This document shows positions 25,285 through 37,665 of a stretch of 64,000 bases of DNA, one piece after another. Both the position numbers and the translations under genes were made by a program. Within the stretch, counting starts at the first letter, position 1. Every line of letters starts with the position of its first letter. The stretch covers positions 70,186,001 to 70,250,000 of the forward strand of contig NC_045697.1 of the NCBI RefSeq assembly GCF_009834535.1. The letters are read 5' to 3'. This DNA comes from Camelus ferus. Its lineage: Eukaryota. Under the pieces are notes generated by a model. That model did no database searches. It saw nothing but the letters and a program-made list of their open reading frames with translations, and had not been told where the DNA came from.

Positions 25285-26400
25285 TAATCCATTTATTTAA
25301 CAAAAAGAATTTTTTTTTAAAGTGCCTACAATGCACCCAGGACTGTTTTAAGCACTAAGGGTTTGGGAGTAAACTAGTCAAAGGCTCCGCCCTCAATGGG
25401 CTCACGCTGTAGTCGAAGGATCACAGACAGTAATTGATGGAATCAGGTAAACACAGATAGTAATAGGTCATAAAAAGAAAAAGCTGGAGAAGGGAAGGCC
25501 TCTCTGAGGAGGTGACATTAGACCAGAGGCTTCACTGAAGGGAAGGAACGACTCATGTCAGGATGTGGAAAAGTGTTGCAGGCAGAGAGAACAGGACAAA
25601 AGCCCCAAAGTGGGAACTAAATTGAGGTGGTTTAAGGACTAGGAAGAAGATTGTCTGGCAGGGAGTGAGCAGGAAGGAACGTGGTGGGAGGTGAGAGTAT
25701 TGAGGTAATGAGGGGTCAGATCCTGTAGCCAGTGGAGTTCTCAAAGGGCAGGGATGCCCAGCTGAGCGTTTGGAAGTTTCTGGGTGTCACAGTTGTCACA
25801 ATGCTCTGGGGACACTGCTGGCATTGGTGGGCATCCAGGACTGTGAAGAGTCTGAGCCTTAACCCTCCTTTGCCAGCTGACCAGTCAGCCTGCCGCGCTC
25901 TCCTGGGTGCCGAGAGATGTGCGTGGCTTCTGCTTCTCTGCCTTTTTCTCTGGAGGGAGCACTATTTCTGCCTTTTAAGGCTGTTGGCTAGACAAACACA
26001 CTTTGGTGTGGACCCAAGGGGTGTTGGTGCCTTGCTTATAATACGTGGAGAAACACGAGAGACCCCAACAGGCAGGGATCGTGGAGGCTCAACACAGAAT
26101 GAGAGTTATCCAAATCACCAATTGTACTTTCCTTACACAACACGGAAGGTCTTGTAGGATAAGACAAAGGATCTATGTTTGTTCTCCATGTTGATAAAAA
26201 AGCATAAGAGTTTTGAGTAACATAATTTGTTTCTAAATTTTTAAAAAGACCATTTTTGCTACTCAGTTGAAAATGAAGTGGGAGCAAAATTGAAGGCAAG
26301 GAGACCAGTCAGGCAAGGAGGCTGTGCCAGCCGACCAGGTGGGAGACCGTGGTGGCTGACACTGGAGAGAGGGGATGAGAATGGGGAGTTAGAACAGGGG
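25285..26400 (-). mobile_element. L2 fragment containing a MER20-like element (from about 25730), itself interrupted by an LTR-like fragment (about 25850-26095)
   Basis: L2 tail and agggaaggcctctctgaggaggtgacatt; cagtggagttctcaaa...ttgtcacaatg MER20-like; inner segment resembles an ERVL-type LTR 5' part on the minus strand. Confidence 0.55.
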
Positions 26401-26439
26401 GAAGGCAGAACTGTTAACCTCAGGATGTGCCTGTGTGTG

Positions 26440-26650
26440 TTTTATTGAAGTATAGTCAATTTACAACGTTGTGTTATTTTCTGGTGTATAGAATAGTGAT
26501 TCAGTTGTATGTATATATATTCCCTTTCATATTCTTTTCCATTATGGTTTATTGCAGGATGGTTTAGTGCTATACAGTAGGACCTTTTTGTTTATCTGTT
26601 TTATATAGTAGTTGGTACTTGCTAATCCCAAACTCCCAATTTATCTTTCC
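26440..26650 (-). mobile_element. Short LINE-1 3' end
   Basis: ttttattgaagtatagtcaatttacaacgttgtg...gctaatcccaaactcccaatttatc. Confidence 0.8.
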
Positions 26651-27169
26651 CTATATACATTTTGTTAATTGCACAAAATCATGGTTTGTTTTTGCCATTT
26701 AGACATTATCACACAATCCTATTCTAAAAGACAATGTTCATTAAAAACAAAAATAAAAACTCACAACCTTAATTACCCAGATTAGTTGTTTAAAGGTGGG
26801 AAAAAAGGGAAGGTGGCCAAGGAGGGGCTTTCTTATAAGCTTTTCAACAAGTGTCATATTTTCTCCTTAATGGGAAGGATTTCAAAACAAAGGTGAGACA
26901 GCTTACATAGAAAGATGCATAAAAAGGAGCTTTATAGAATTGTCATTGATACCATGACAACACTAACTAAGCAGCTTCATTATAGCGCCATCTCTCACTC
27001 TGCACTGTTAATAGAGTTATAGTACTCTTGTTTATTTAATTATGTATTGTGAGCATCGTCCACGTCATTACATAGGCTTCTAAAACATCATTAAAACAAG
27101 TTCTTTAATATTTCATTATTTGGATATATCATAATTTATGTAGTTAATTCTCCATTATGTTTTTAGGTG

Positions 27170-28860
27170 CTATTTTTAAAATTTTCAATAATTTCAAAAG
27201 TACAGAAAAATTGAAAGAGTAGTACAAAGAACTGTCTTTGTTCCTGAACCATTAGACATTAAACTGCCTGCATCGTGCCAACACCCCAGTGCTTCCGCCT
27301 GTGGGACCGCAGGGAGCCGTTCTAACTGGGAAATTAACATTGATACAGCGCCGCGGTCCCATCCACAGGTCTCATTTAGGCATCACCAGTTTCCCCAGTA
27401 AAGCCCTTTAGAGTGAAAGGATCCAGTCCAAAGTCACAAGTTGCATTTATTCGTCAAGCCCCTTGAGTATTCTTCACTCCGGGACACTTTCTCAGTTTTT
27501 CCTTGATGTCATGACTTTGATACTTCTGACAATTAAAGGCCAGTTATTTTGTGAACTGTTCCTTAACTGTAGTCTATCAGATGTAGCCTCGTGATTAGAT
27601 TCAGGTTTTGCGTTTTTGATAGAAATATCACAAAAGTGACGCTTTGCCCGTCTCACTGCATCCTCTCGGGTGGAACACAATTTCGGTTTGTCTCATCCCT
27701 GTGTGTTTGACCACTTGATTAATCGGTGTCTGCCAGGTTTCTTCCCTCTAAAGTCACCTTACTCCCTTTGTCATTATAGATATTTGGGGGGGGGGAGATT
27801 ATTAGAGGCTAACTATTCTGTTCCACATTAGCCTTTCACACACCAGTTTTATCCATTGATGTTTCTTGGCGGCTTTAATTATTTCTGTGATTGTTGCCAA
27901 GTGGTGATTCTGTGATTCTGTTACTCCTTTTACATTTATTGGTTGTCATTCTGCTGTATGGAAAAGCTTTCTGTTCTTCCAGTTTATCCAGTCGTTTGTT
28001 TTTATATCAGCGGGCTACAATCATTACCATCATTTATCTGGACTTGGGAAGTTTCCCCAGTTTCGGCCACTGAGCCCTATTTCCATGTGACCTTTGTGTC
28101 CATACAGCCTCATAAGTCGTTGAGAATGTTCTCACTTCCTGGTATAGCAGAATGGCCCAGGCTTACCTTGCACTTTTATCCAGCTCTACAATCAGTTATT
28201 TCTCGAAGACATTGATTTTTTTTTCTTGAGAGTAGTACTTTAGAAATCCAGGTTTGGGTGCTACATATGCATTGTTAGCAGGTTGTCACTCTCCCAGGCC
28301 ACTCTGAGGACAGAGCTGGGAAAATGTGTATGCTTATACATATGTACACATACTTATATTGATGTCTATATTTCTTTCTATTTCTATCATCTTCTATCCA
28401 TGGGTTCACACCCATACCTCCAATCCTAGTCCTGTTCCACAAGGCTCGTTTTAATTTCTTCACTTTTCATAGTTATAACTCCCTTTCCCCACAGTGAGGA
28501 ATGGATCTCATTATCTTCAACACACTCGCTTATTGGTTGATCAGTCCAATGTAATTAGTCTCCGATTGACAGGGCACCACTGCCCGGCCACAGCCACTCC
28601 CTCCCCCACCGCAGATGCCCACCCAGTCCGACCCGGCTCTGAAACTGGACACCCCCCCACCTCTCTTTGAGCAGAAGCTCTCCTCACCCTGCCAGGCTTC
28701 AATGCCTCATACCAAGCTGCTGCCCCTACCGTCGTCCCCACAGATGCCCTCTGTCCCCAGCTAGGACTCCACCCTGAACTCAGGTGCACCAACGCCCTGC
28801 ACACACCCACACTGATGCCTGCCCTGCTCCATCCAACCTGACAGCTTTTGACTAAATTTA
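27170..28860 (-). mobile_element. Old L1M (L1MC/MD-like) 3' UTR fossil, including its GC-rich repeated subregion (28560-28850)
   Basis: ataatttcaaaagtacagaaaaattgaaagagtagtacaaagaac, ggccagttattttgt, tgattagattcaggtt hallmarks. Confidence 0.7.
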
Positions 28861-30478
28861 AGGCCAGCAGGTAGAAAGCATGGTATTCAGGCTAATGCTT
28901 TATTTTTTAAATATTTAAGTTGTTTCCAATTTGGGACTATTATAAATGGCTTTCTTATTACAGTTCATTGATTTTTTAAAAAATAAATCTGCTACATAGT
29001 CATTTCCTTTCTTACCTCCAGAAACCATGAATAAAATACCAGTTCTCAGCTCTATCCTCTGCCACCTTCTGCCTAACTATTAAAACCTTAGAGAGATACT
29101 GGATGGAGAGTATATTGTTTAGATGGAGGTAAGATAGATTGAGTAGCATAATCCTTTAGTGCAGTTTCAGTAAACACTTGTATCAGCTCTTCTACAAAGC
29201 CATTTACCCTTCCTTATTTTGCCTCTGCAGACTCAACCATCCAAGATGTCAAGTTTTTTATGTTTCCATAATATAATACTCAAACTCAATCCAGTCAGTT
29301 CAATGTCTTTTAACGTCAAAATAAATCACACTGATTATTTGAAATCCACCAATATTATTTAACATTATTTACATGAACACCTGGGAAGTTCACCCTGACT
29401 TCAATGCTGTAAGAAGGGCGTTTTAAAGGAAGTGGTTGTATGTTGTTTCCAGTTTTATGTCTTTCTACTGTGGTGGTGGTTGTTCCTCTTTTTATTTGGT
29501 AGGGAGACTTCATCTCAGGAAAAAAATACCCTGGAAACTCCCATGAAGAGAACGTTGACATCAACTGAGTCATTTCCAAGTTTTTATTCATTTTCTCCTT
29601 ATCAGTGTAAGATATACTGACATCATATTAGAACAAAATATCCTGGAAATTCAGTTTCTTCAGAAATGTACGAATTTAGAATTTTTTTTCATTTGAGGGT
29701 CCTGGTTTTATGCAGATTTCCGTTTACACAGTTTTCCACCATTCCTTACATTTCACAGGAGCCAGCTAAGTGTATAATACTGTTGTTACCCTTGAATTAA
29801 TGATGAGTAAGTTAAAAGAAGTGATTCATTCTCACTTCAAATCCTTTTTGGATGAATCAATTGTAAACAAATCTGCATTCCTGGAAGTCTAAAAGTCTGT
29901 TCCATGGAATATAGGTCTCAAGAGATTGTCTGTGAAAAAATAGAGTGGTTTAAAGGAGAATTATATGATTTTGAAAATGCTATTTCTAATGTTCCTTCTT
30001 AAACATTCACAAAGCAGATTAGGCTAACACAAACTCAGGGAAGTACAGAAATCCCTCTTCTTTGCTTAAATCCAGACTTTCCCATAAACTGAGCCCACGT
30101 CAGTGTGAGTGTGTGCACGTTTATGGGCATAATACCCCGGCAACAACCTGAGCAGCTGGGATGACCTGACACACTCTGCCCAATGCCGACTTCCACGAGT
30201 GGTGTGATCTGGCTGGTTGTTGGCAAACTGCTCACTGGAGTTAGAAGAGCGTCTTTTGCCTGTTGCCTGTCGCTACAGAATTATGCTTGACAATCCAGTC
30301 TAAAAACAGTCTCTCACAGCATAGGGAGGATTTTCAAGTGCCTGGATGAAGAATGAAAGGCGATCACTTGAGATCAGAGGCAAACTTGAGTTTCACTTCA
30401 AACTAGGACAGAACTGGGAAGGCCTAAATCATGTTGCGATACGCCTGGCTTCACCTGGATGTTCCTTTCTTTTTCTAG

Positions 30479-30526
30479 CTGGGCACCAAAGAAGGTTACC
30501 TCACCAAACAAGGCGGCCTGGTGAAG
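30479..30526 (+). CDS. DAPP1: DAPP1 coding exon 5, start of PH domain
   Basis: tttctag|CTG GGC...GTG AAG|gtaagg; 48 nt; LGTKEGYLTKQGGLVK. Confidence 0.96.
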
Positions 30527-31488
30527 GTAAGGGGGTGTGTTTCTGCCAACACCTGACACAAAGAGAGAGTGTCATGTAGACTCAGCCCTCATGTTTACTT
30601 TTTAAAATGCACATCTGCCTACTCATTCTGACTCAGTTATAATATTGACATGTTTCAAGAGTTCATCTTTATGGCTAATATTCGTCAAAATTCTGAAAAA
30701 TCACTTGACTATTCTTTGGCAAAGCCAAATGGCTAAGAGTAGAAAGAAAACACACAACCCTTTGAATGGAATGATTGAGGGTGAAGGTAAGTTAAGTCTA
30801 GCACATTTCTTGGATGTTTAAGATTTCTCAACAAAAAAGTCAAAATTGTATGAAATGTCTACCTAAAAAAAGGCTAGAAAAACATCACAGGCAGTTATGT
30901 AACTATATGATAAAATCCCCAAGAAAACAAAACTTAGGACTCTACTAGTTGGGGGTAACCAACTGTCCTCCACTTATGTGACCATATCCTTAAAGTTACT
31001 TTGCTGTATTTTCATGTACCAAAAAGACCTTCGTGGTTTATGCCTGCTATTTTCCATTTTAAGAGTCAAGGCGCTTAACCTCTCAAGGGTACTGGCCTGC
31101 TAGAATTCAACCTAAATATTTAGTTATCTGTGTCTCCACTAAACTGGATGCTCCCTAAGGAGAAATATTCATATTCATAGCATATTTGTTTTCAAGTCCA
31201 CTCTTACTTCTTTTAACTGGGAACGTTGCCTCCCAGGACAAGATTTGTGTTCTGTTGGTACATGAGAAGGAAACAGTTTTTCCACCAATGCTGTGGAATT
31301 CTTAGACAAGGTTTAGAATAGCATGTGGTTTGAGGTTCCTAAACCTCAATTTACTTATATGTAAAACAAGAATAATAATAGTTGGCATTGTATGAAGATT
31401 GGCTCTAATATACACAGACCTCCAAGAATAGTATGTAGCCTGCAGTAGGTGCTCACAAATGACATCTGTTTTTATTATAGAGTTTTTT

Positions 31489-31624
31489 TTTAATTGACAT
31501 ATAGTCAGTTTACAGTGTTGTGCTAATTTCTGGTGTGCAGCATAATAGTTCAGTCATACGTATACATATATATATTTGTTTTCATATTCTTTTTCATTTT
31601 ACAAGATATTGAATATAGTTCCCT
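31489..31624 (-). mobile_element. Short LINE-1 3' end
   Basis: Poly-T then aattgacatatagtcagtttacagtgttgtg...gatattgaatatagttccc; flanked by tagagttt on both sides. Confidence 0.8.
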
Positions 31625-31942
31625 TAGAGTTTGATTTTAAGATGGAAATTTTTGTGGTTATAAATCACCTGGAATGTTTATGATTGGTTATTTCTTTTTA
31701 CTTGTTTAAAAATGTTAAAGTTATCTTTGCCTTTGTTATGAGCTTAAGGCATGGAATCATTTTAATTCTTGAAATTTAAAAATTTTAAGTTTAATTTTGA
31801 AACTTTTTCTCAGAAATAACACCACAATAATATTTTATTATAGCTAATCTTTTAGATACTTTTACAACAAAAGGAAATTATATAGTTCAGATGTTGTAGT
31901 CCTGTATTCAAAACCTACATGTTTTAATTTCTTTTCTCTCAG

Positions 31943-32005
31943 ACTTGGAAAACAAGATGGTTCACTTTGCATAGGAATGAGCTGAAATACTTCAAAGACC
32001 AAATG
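31943..32005 (+). CDS. DAPP1: DAPP1 coding exon 6, PH domain
   Basis: ctctcag|ACT TGG...CAA ATG|gtgaga; 63 nt; TWKTRWFTLHRNELKYFKDQM; completes the KxG..K..KxRWF 3-phosphoinositide-binding motif. Confidence 0.96.
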
Positions 32006-32680
32006 GTGAGAAACGTAATACGCTTTCCCTTTAAAACTCAGCTCTGTAGGTGAAAGGAATGTCTGCCTTTAAGATCCCAGAAATTTCCCTTGTGAGCACA
32101 TGAAACACCCTGGAGATGTGAGTTCTTGATTCCTGATGTGAGCCTCGTTCTTTTGCAAAGACAGGATGTATATCCCAGAAACCGCTCTCTCCAGATGTTT
32201 AAGCTGTAGTTCCCCAGGGCATCTCAGCCCCTCTGTTTAGGGCAACGGAATTGTTCTCTTACCTCAGTGTATTAACTGTCTCTTCTAACCCTTTATTAAA
32301 AATACGTCCATTTCTCATGCCCATTTCATCAAGCAGATTTAAAATTATTTCATTTTCCCCCTCATTTTTCCTATACAAAATTTCTGGAAAAGTAGATGTT
32401 TAAAAACAAGGAAGAAAAGTGTGGCTTCCATCCATGTGTTAAAAATCCATCACCACCAAGTTTAAATTGACAAAGAAAGGCTCTTCCTAGGGTCCAGTTG
32501 CATGGAAAGCCAATCCCCAGACAAGTGTGTGACATCCCTTAGGAAGGTTTTCTATTTTTGGTCCCCATAGTGGAAGTTGATAGTCACTCATAGTGAAAGA
32601 CTTGTTAGGAGAATGAATGATGAACAGATTTGTGTATGTGTTTCTATGATGACATAGTTTGCCTTTTTTTTTTTTTCAAG

Positions 32681-32766
32681 TCACCAGAACCAATTCGGAT
32701 CCTAGACTTAACGGAATGTTCAGCTGTACAATTTGATTATTCACAAGAAAGGGTGAACTGTTTTTG
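32681..32766 (+). CDS. DAPP1: DAPP1 coding exon 7, PH domain
   Basis: poly-T tract caag|TCA CCA...TTT TG|gtaagc; 86 nt; SPEPIRILDLTECSAVQFDYSQERVNCF(C). Confidence 0.96.
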
Positions 32767-33569
32767 GTAAGCTGATTTACAAAGGAAATCTTTTTGAAGT
32801 CTTCTTGCCAGACATTTATTTTAGCTGAAGAATAAAAAAAATTGTATATCTTAACATGTACAATTGTTTTGATCTAAGGTGTGTGGGTTTAACCATCACA
32901 CAGAGCATGTATGTTTTGAGTTCTCTCAACAGAGACATAATACCTCATTTAAAGTGGCTTCAACAAATAGGCAGGGCTGCTGGGCACACTGCACAAGCAT
33001 GACACAGGACAGTGTGCCATTCACAGCTTAGACAGCTTTTATTCCTTTGCCGTGTTTTACGCCATTTTAATTATAACTTTGTTGACTCCAACAATGGGTG
33101 ATTTGTATTATGATGACAATTCTGGTAAATGGCACTAAAGTATTTTGTTCTAACACAATCAGTGTATCATCAAAATTTTCTAACTGGGAGAAATAAAGTG
33201 TCTTGAGAAGGGAGTGTCTTATTTCCCACCAACTTTTATTTTAAAGTTTTTCAAACATACAAAAATTGAAAGACTTAGATGCCCATATACCCTTCACCTA
33301 GATGCATCAGTCATTAATATTTTGCTCTGTTTGCTTTATCTCTGTCGGTTCACCTTTTTTTTCCTGAACCAATTGAAAGTAAGTTGTAGACATCATGGTG
33401 CTTTACCCTTAAGTCCTTAAATATGCAACTACTAAGAAGAAAAATATCACCTATAGAACTACAATACCATTGTCCATCTAAAAAAATTAACATTAACTAT
33501 TATTAATTAATGATTGTATAGTATCAACCAATAGTGGACATCTTTTCAAAATTCACATAAAGGTACCAT

Positions 33570-34000
33570 ATGAACTAACCGGAGTTTATATTTCTTACAT
33601 AACAAGCAATCAGGAGGCAGACAGCTACCTTAACAAGGTCAGGTCCAACGTCTCTACGATTCTCTTGGTCTTTTCCTCATGCGCTACTTCAGGGTCCAAG
33701 ACAGCTACTCCAACTATAGGCCTCACATTTACACGTAAGCCATGAAGAAAGATGCAGGGATGGTATTAGGCATGTGTGCCCTTTTTATCAGGAAAGCAGA
33801 CATTTTCCCAGAAACTCTTCTATCCAATTTCCCCTCGTATCTCATTGGCCCAGACTGGTCCCCTGCCATCACCAGCAGCAGGGTACTAGTATGATCATAA
33901 TTGGCTCCAACTAATTATAACTTATCACCTGGGGTTCTGTAAGCAAGAGAAAAGGAAAAATGATTTGAATTAACAGGCAATTAATAATGTCTCTCACAGA
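33570..34000 (-). mobile_element. Old MLT1 (J/K-like) LTR, preceded by an L1M fragment at 33230-33480
   Basis: ccttttatcaggaaagcagacattttcccagaaac...tctcattggcccagactggtc motif. Confidence 0.55.
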
Positions 34001-34985
34001 GGATACCAGTGACAGTTCCAGCCATCAGTTTTGTACAGTGTGTGCACAGTATCACTCCCCATCCCCAACCTCAGCTCTGGCTCCTCACTGCCCAACCGAC
34101 CTCACATCAAGGTTTACCTTCTGTCCACAGGGACTACCTCTTGTCTATTCGACATGAATTACTGGCATAAACCAGATATATTGCTTTGGTTTTAGGATGT
34201 AGAAACTCTTCTGATTTCAGTTCAAGGCTTTTTTTTTTTTTCATGGAAAGTACAAAAAGATTTTTAGTGTTTTGCATCTCAGCTGTGAGGACAGAAGTAT
34301 GGACAAGATCTAAGTTAGGACTGACCTTATCAGTCAGGTGATTTTGACTCTAGAGCCAAAGAGACAGTTAGATGAGGAGTCAAGCATATTCCTAGAACAG
34401 GCTTCCATGCCAGTGGGCAAGTTCTTCTTCCCTCCAGCAGAGATTAACTAACTCAAGGCAAGAAGTGGGCAGAAAGAATAGTTAAAGAGTGTTATTACCT
34501 CTTTTCCCTGTCCTAAAAAGTTGAAACTGCCTTCATCCACAGAGGGCAGTGTTATCCTCCTTGAAGCCAGCTAACCCAAATGAGTTACTTCAACAAACTC
34601 ACTCTTATCTGTCTTGCTTGTTCTTTGTTATCAGAGCACAAGTTCTGAGTCATATATCAGATTAGCTGAATAAACACACAAGCATATTCAATCTAAGACA
34701 CGAACAACAAACGGATCTGGGGGTGCCCTCGACCTGTGTTTTTCCCTCTTTAGATTCTCATTAGAAAATAGAAATGTGGCCCGTATTAATAACATGAATC
34801 TACAACTTTGTCAACATTTCTGCAGTTTGCTGGCAGGACTAGCTCCACATGTACCAATTCCTCAAATTCTTACCCAGGTTTTCTGTCAGTTATTTTCCCC
34901 ATTGGAATACTCTAATTAGTCTTCAACTAGTAGATGTTCAACCAACCATCTGGAGTCTCTTATGTTCTTCCTTTTGTCTTACCAG

Positions 34986-35073
34986 CTTAGTATTTCCATT
35001 CAGGACATTTTATCTCTGTGCAAAGACAGGAGTAGAGGCTGATGAGTGGATCAAGATATTACGCTGGAAGTTG
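34986..35073 (+). CDS. DAPP1: DAPP1 coding exon 8, PH domain C-terminal helix
   Basis: ttaccag|C TTA GTA...AAG TTG|gtgagt; 88 nt; LVFPFRTFYLCAKTGVEADEWIKILRWKL. Confidence 0.96.
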
Positions 35074-35912
35074 GTGAGTTCTGCCCGTCTCTGGATGTCT
35101 AATGCTCAGAAATAATATGTGGATAATTTCAAACATTTTTCTATTGAAAGAATCAGATGACCCCCGAGAACCAATGGGATGTCTACTTGCAGGCTTGCAG
35201 AATAGTCTGTTCATTCTTCTGGGACAGGAAAGGGATGGAGACAGAATAAAAGAAAGAGAACAGAGCGGCACTGGGGTTGCTGCTCGAGCCTGGCCTCACG
35301 CCCTAGTGTCTATCACTCTTCCCCTAAGTGTTTGGCTGCTCCAGTTTTGCCTGGAGAGGGACATGAGGGACTAGAAGGTCCAACAGAGGGAAGCTGACAT
35401 ATTTCCATAGTAGAAAATCCTTTTAACTTGTCAGAGAAGGAGGCTTGCCAGAGAAACTTAGCTTAGTGTCCAGTGTACATAAAGTAAAAATATATCAAAT
35501 GTACATTCTTTCAGACTTCTCCCTGTGCAGATAAACATTCAACTCAAAATTTAATCATTCTCTAGTGTTCTTTACCTGCTCACTTGACTTAATATATAAT
35601 GAACATATTTCTATATCAATTAATTTAGATCTGTATCTTTATTCTGATTCACTGAATAGTATTGCACTTTATGGGTTACTAAAAGTATTAGGCCAGTTCC
35701 CAATTTGTGCAGGTTTTGGCAGCCCCTTTACAGTATTTCTCCGGAGAAAAAGAAAGAAAGTCAGGGTAGAACTTGGGGGAGGAGGAGACATGATAATTAA
35801 TTTATAGGTGCATGGTTTTCTACTAATCAGCAATTCTTATGTAATATTTATAAAATGTTGGTTATCTTAAAGTTGTTCAACAATAAATCCACGTGGGTGT
35901 GCTCTCTTACAG

Positions 35913-35981
35913 TCTCAAATAAGAAAACAGCTCGACCAAAGGGAAGGCACAGTCCGATCTCAGTCATTCATCTTTAAATAG
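35913..35981 (+). CDS. DAPP1: DAPP1 last coding exon 9, to stop codon
   Basis: cttacag|TCT CAA ATA...TTT AAA TAG; 69 nt; SQIRKQLDQREGTVRSQSFIFK*. Confidence 0.95.
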   Translation, partial: SQIRKQLDQREGTVRSQSFIFK

Positions 35982-37665
35982 GCAGACCTTCCTCCGTGAG
36001 GGCTGCCCTGACCCAGGAGCAGGGTGGAATGTTCCCGAGGCTGTGAGCCACAGCAGGCTTCTTCAGCTGAAAGCTGACTAAGGATTTTTCTATAGAAACA
36101 AATCAAAAGCAGATGCAGAGTCGGACATTTCAGGACACGCCACATTTGCGGACTCACAGAAAACTGCTGCCGGTCAAGGCGCGTCTCCCTGAGGATGCGG
36201 ACGCATCATGGTTCTGAGGGAGGCCGAGGCACCCGGCGCCGCGCCCGGGGGCTCACTCTCAGGACGCGCAATGGGAGATGAAGGCGTTTTGCTTTCCCTC
36301 ATCATGCTCCCCGAGCTGGCCGATGTTATCTGCCCGGGGCCCCACTCGGCGCCCTGGTCAGCTCCTCTGACATCCAGGTTGTGCGGTTCCCCGGGAAGGA
36401 AACAGCCCTTTGTGTGCCCCGAGGCTGAGACCGCTTCTTCTGAAAGTGTGCTGAGAGAAACCTCCAAGACTGGGGACAGGGAGCGGTGTTGGTTTTGTTT
36501 TTATTCCCCTCTTTATATAAGAAACAAAACAATTTCTGAAACTAAAATGGAAAAGGTTTGCAGTGTTAATTTTCCCTTTGCAAAAGGCTCTACAGATATT
36601 CTTCTTCCCTTCTAATGATAAGCCTGTGAGAACTTAACGTCCTCTGGGCGACTAGGTAGCTTGACAAAGATGAAGGCACAATCTAAAAAACACCTCTTTT
36701 AGTCATTTTAGGGGAAATGTTTTAAAGAGTGAGAAACCATCAGTTGAGGAAGGGTGATAAAGTAATAGATAACTTTTAGTTTAATAATTATTGTGATCAT
36801 TACTATATCATGTATTAGAATAATATGATAATAATTATTAAAACTGTAACAATAACAGAGCACGTTACTCTTAAGCACTAAGTTATCTTCATCCAGCGCT
36901 TCCCTAACAGACTGAAAGAGACTTCTCCAGGAGAGCGTGTTGTAACAATCCCTTCCTCAGAGTGAGTGCTAGGTACTGACCCAAGAGGAGTAAGACACAC
37001 CCTGCTCGGCAATGATGGCCAAGTGCCCTACGCCTTATTTCAAGAGCACCTTCTGTTGCCAACTGAGGGAGCAACACTAAGTCCACACGTGAAGTATGAT
37101 GCGTTTCTTACACCGTGTTTTCAAACTAGAATGAGGGGACTGAAGTAGGGGGATGAGACATCAGCATCCGGAGCTCATAAGTAGATTCTAACCCCTCCAT
37201 TATCTTTATTAATAGTGGGTTTTTTTTTTTTTTTCAAGATTGACTTTTGAAGGGAGAGTAAAGTGGAGGAAGAACCCAAATAAAATGATCATGATGTAAA
37301 GCTATGACACTGCTCTAGCGGTCCTCATTGAATAAGTTCCCTCTGTTATATAAACAGCTAGGACTCAGAAATGACATTACATTTTTGGATGTTTCAACAA
37401 GGCTTTTAATGTCTTGTTGTATCACATGGAATAAACCAAATGTCAAGTTAAAATGTGTTCAGTTTGCAAAGTCAGGAGTTAGAAATCCTCACTGAAATGT
37501 ACAGTTTCGTGTATTGTTTTCTTAGAACCAAGGGTGTTTGTGTAGGTAATATTGTTTTGACTTTTTGTACAATGTCATGTTTATTTATATTCTGTGGTTG
37601 TTTATTAAAAAGACATGACTTTGCTGTGCCTGTATTTTGCTATTAAATTATGTTTTTTAACATTT
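35982..37665 (+). other. DAPP1: DAPP1 3' UTR (approximate end)
   Basis: Follows the TAG; candidate poly(A) signals AATAAA 37430-37435, ATTAAA 37604-37609 and 37642-37647, with TGTA motifs and U-rich context. End not directly determinable. Confidence 0.6.

Noticed and set aside
28560..28850. GC-rich quasi-repetitive stretch as a regulatory island or array
   Set aside because: Consistent with the internally repeated GC-rich portion of old L1M 3' UTRs in which it is embedded
35074..35115. DAPP1 exon 8 read-through isoform ending VSSARLWMSNAQK
   Set aside because: Strong gtgagt donor and an intact downstream exon; a short in-frame run into an intron is unremarkable without transcript data
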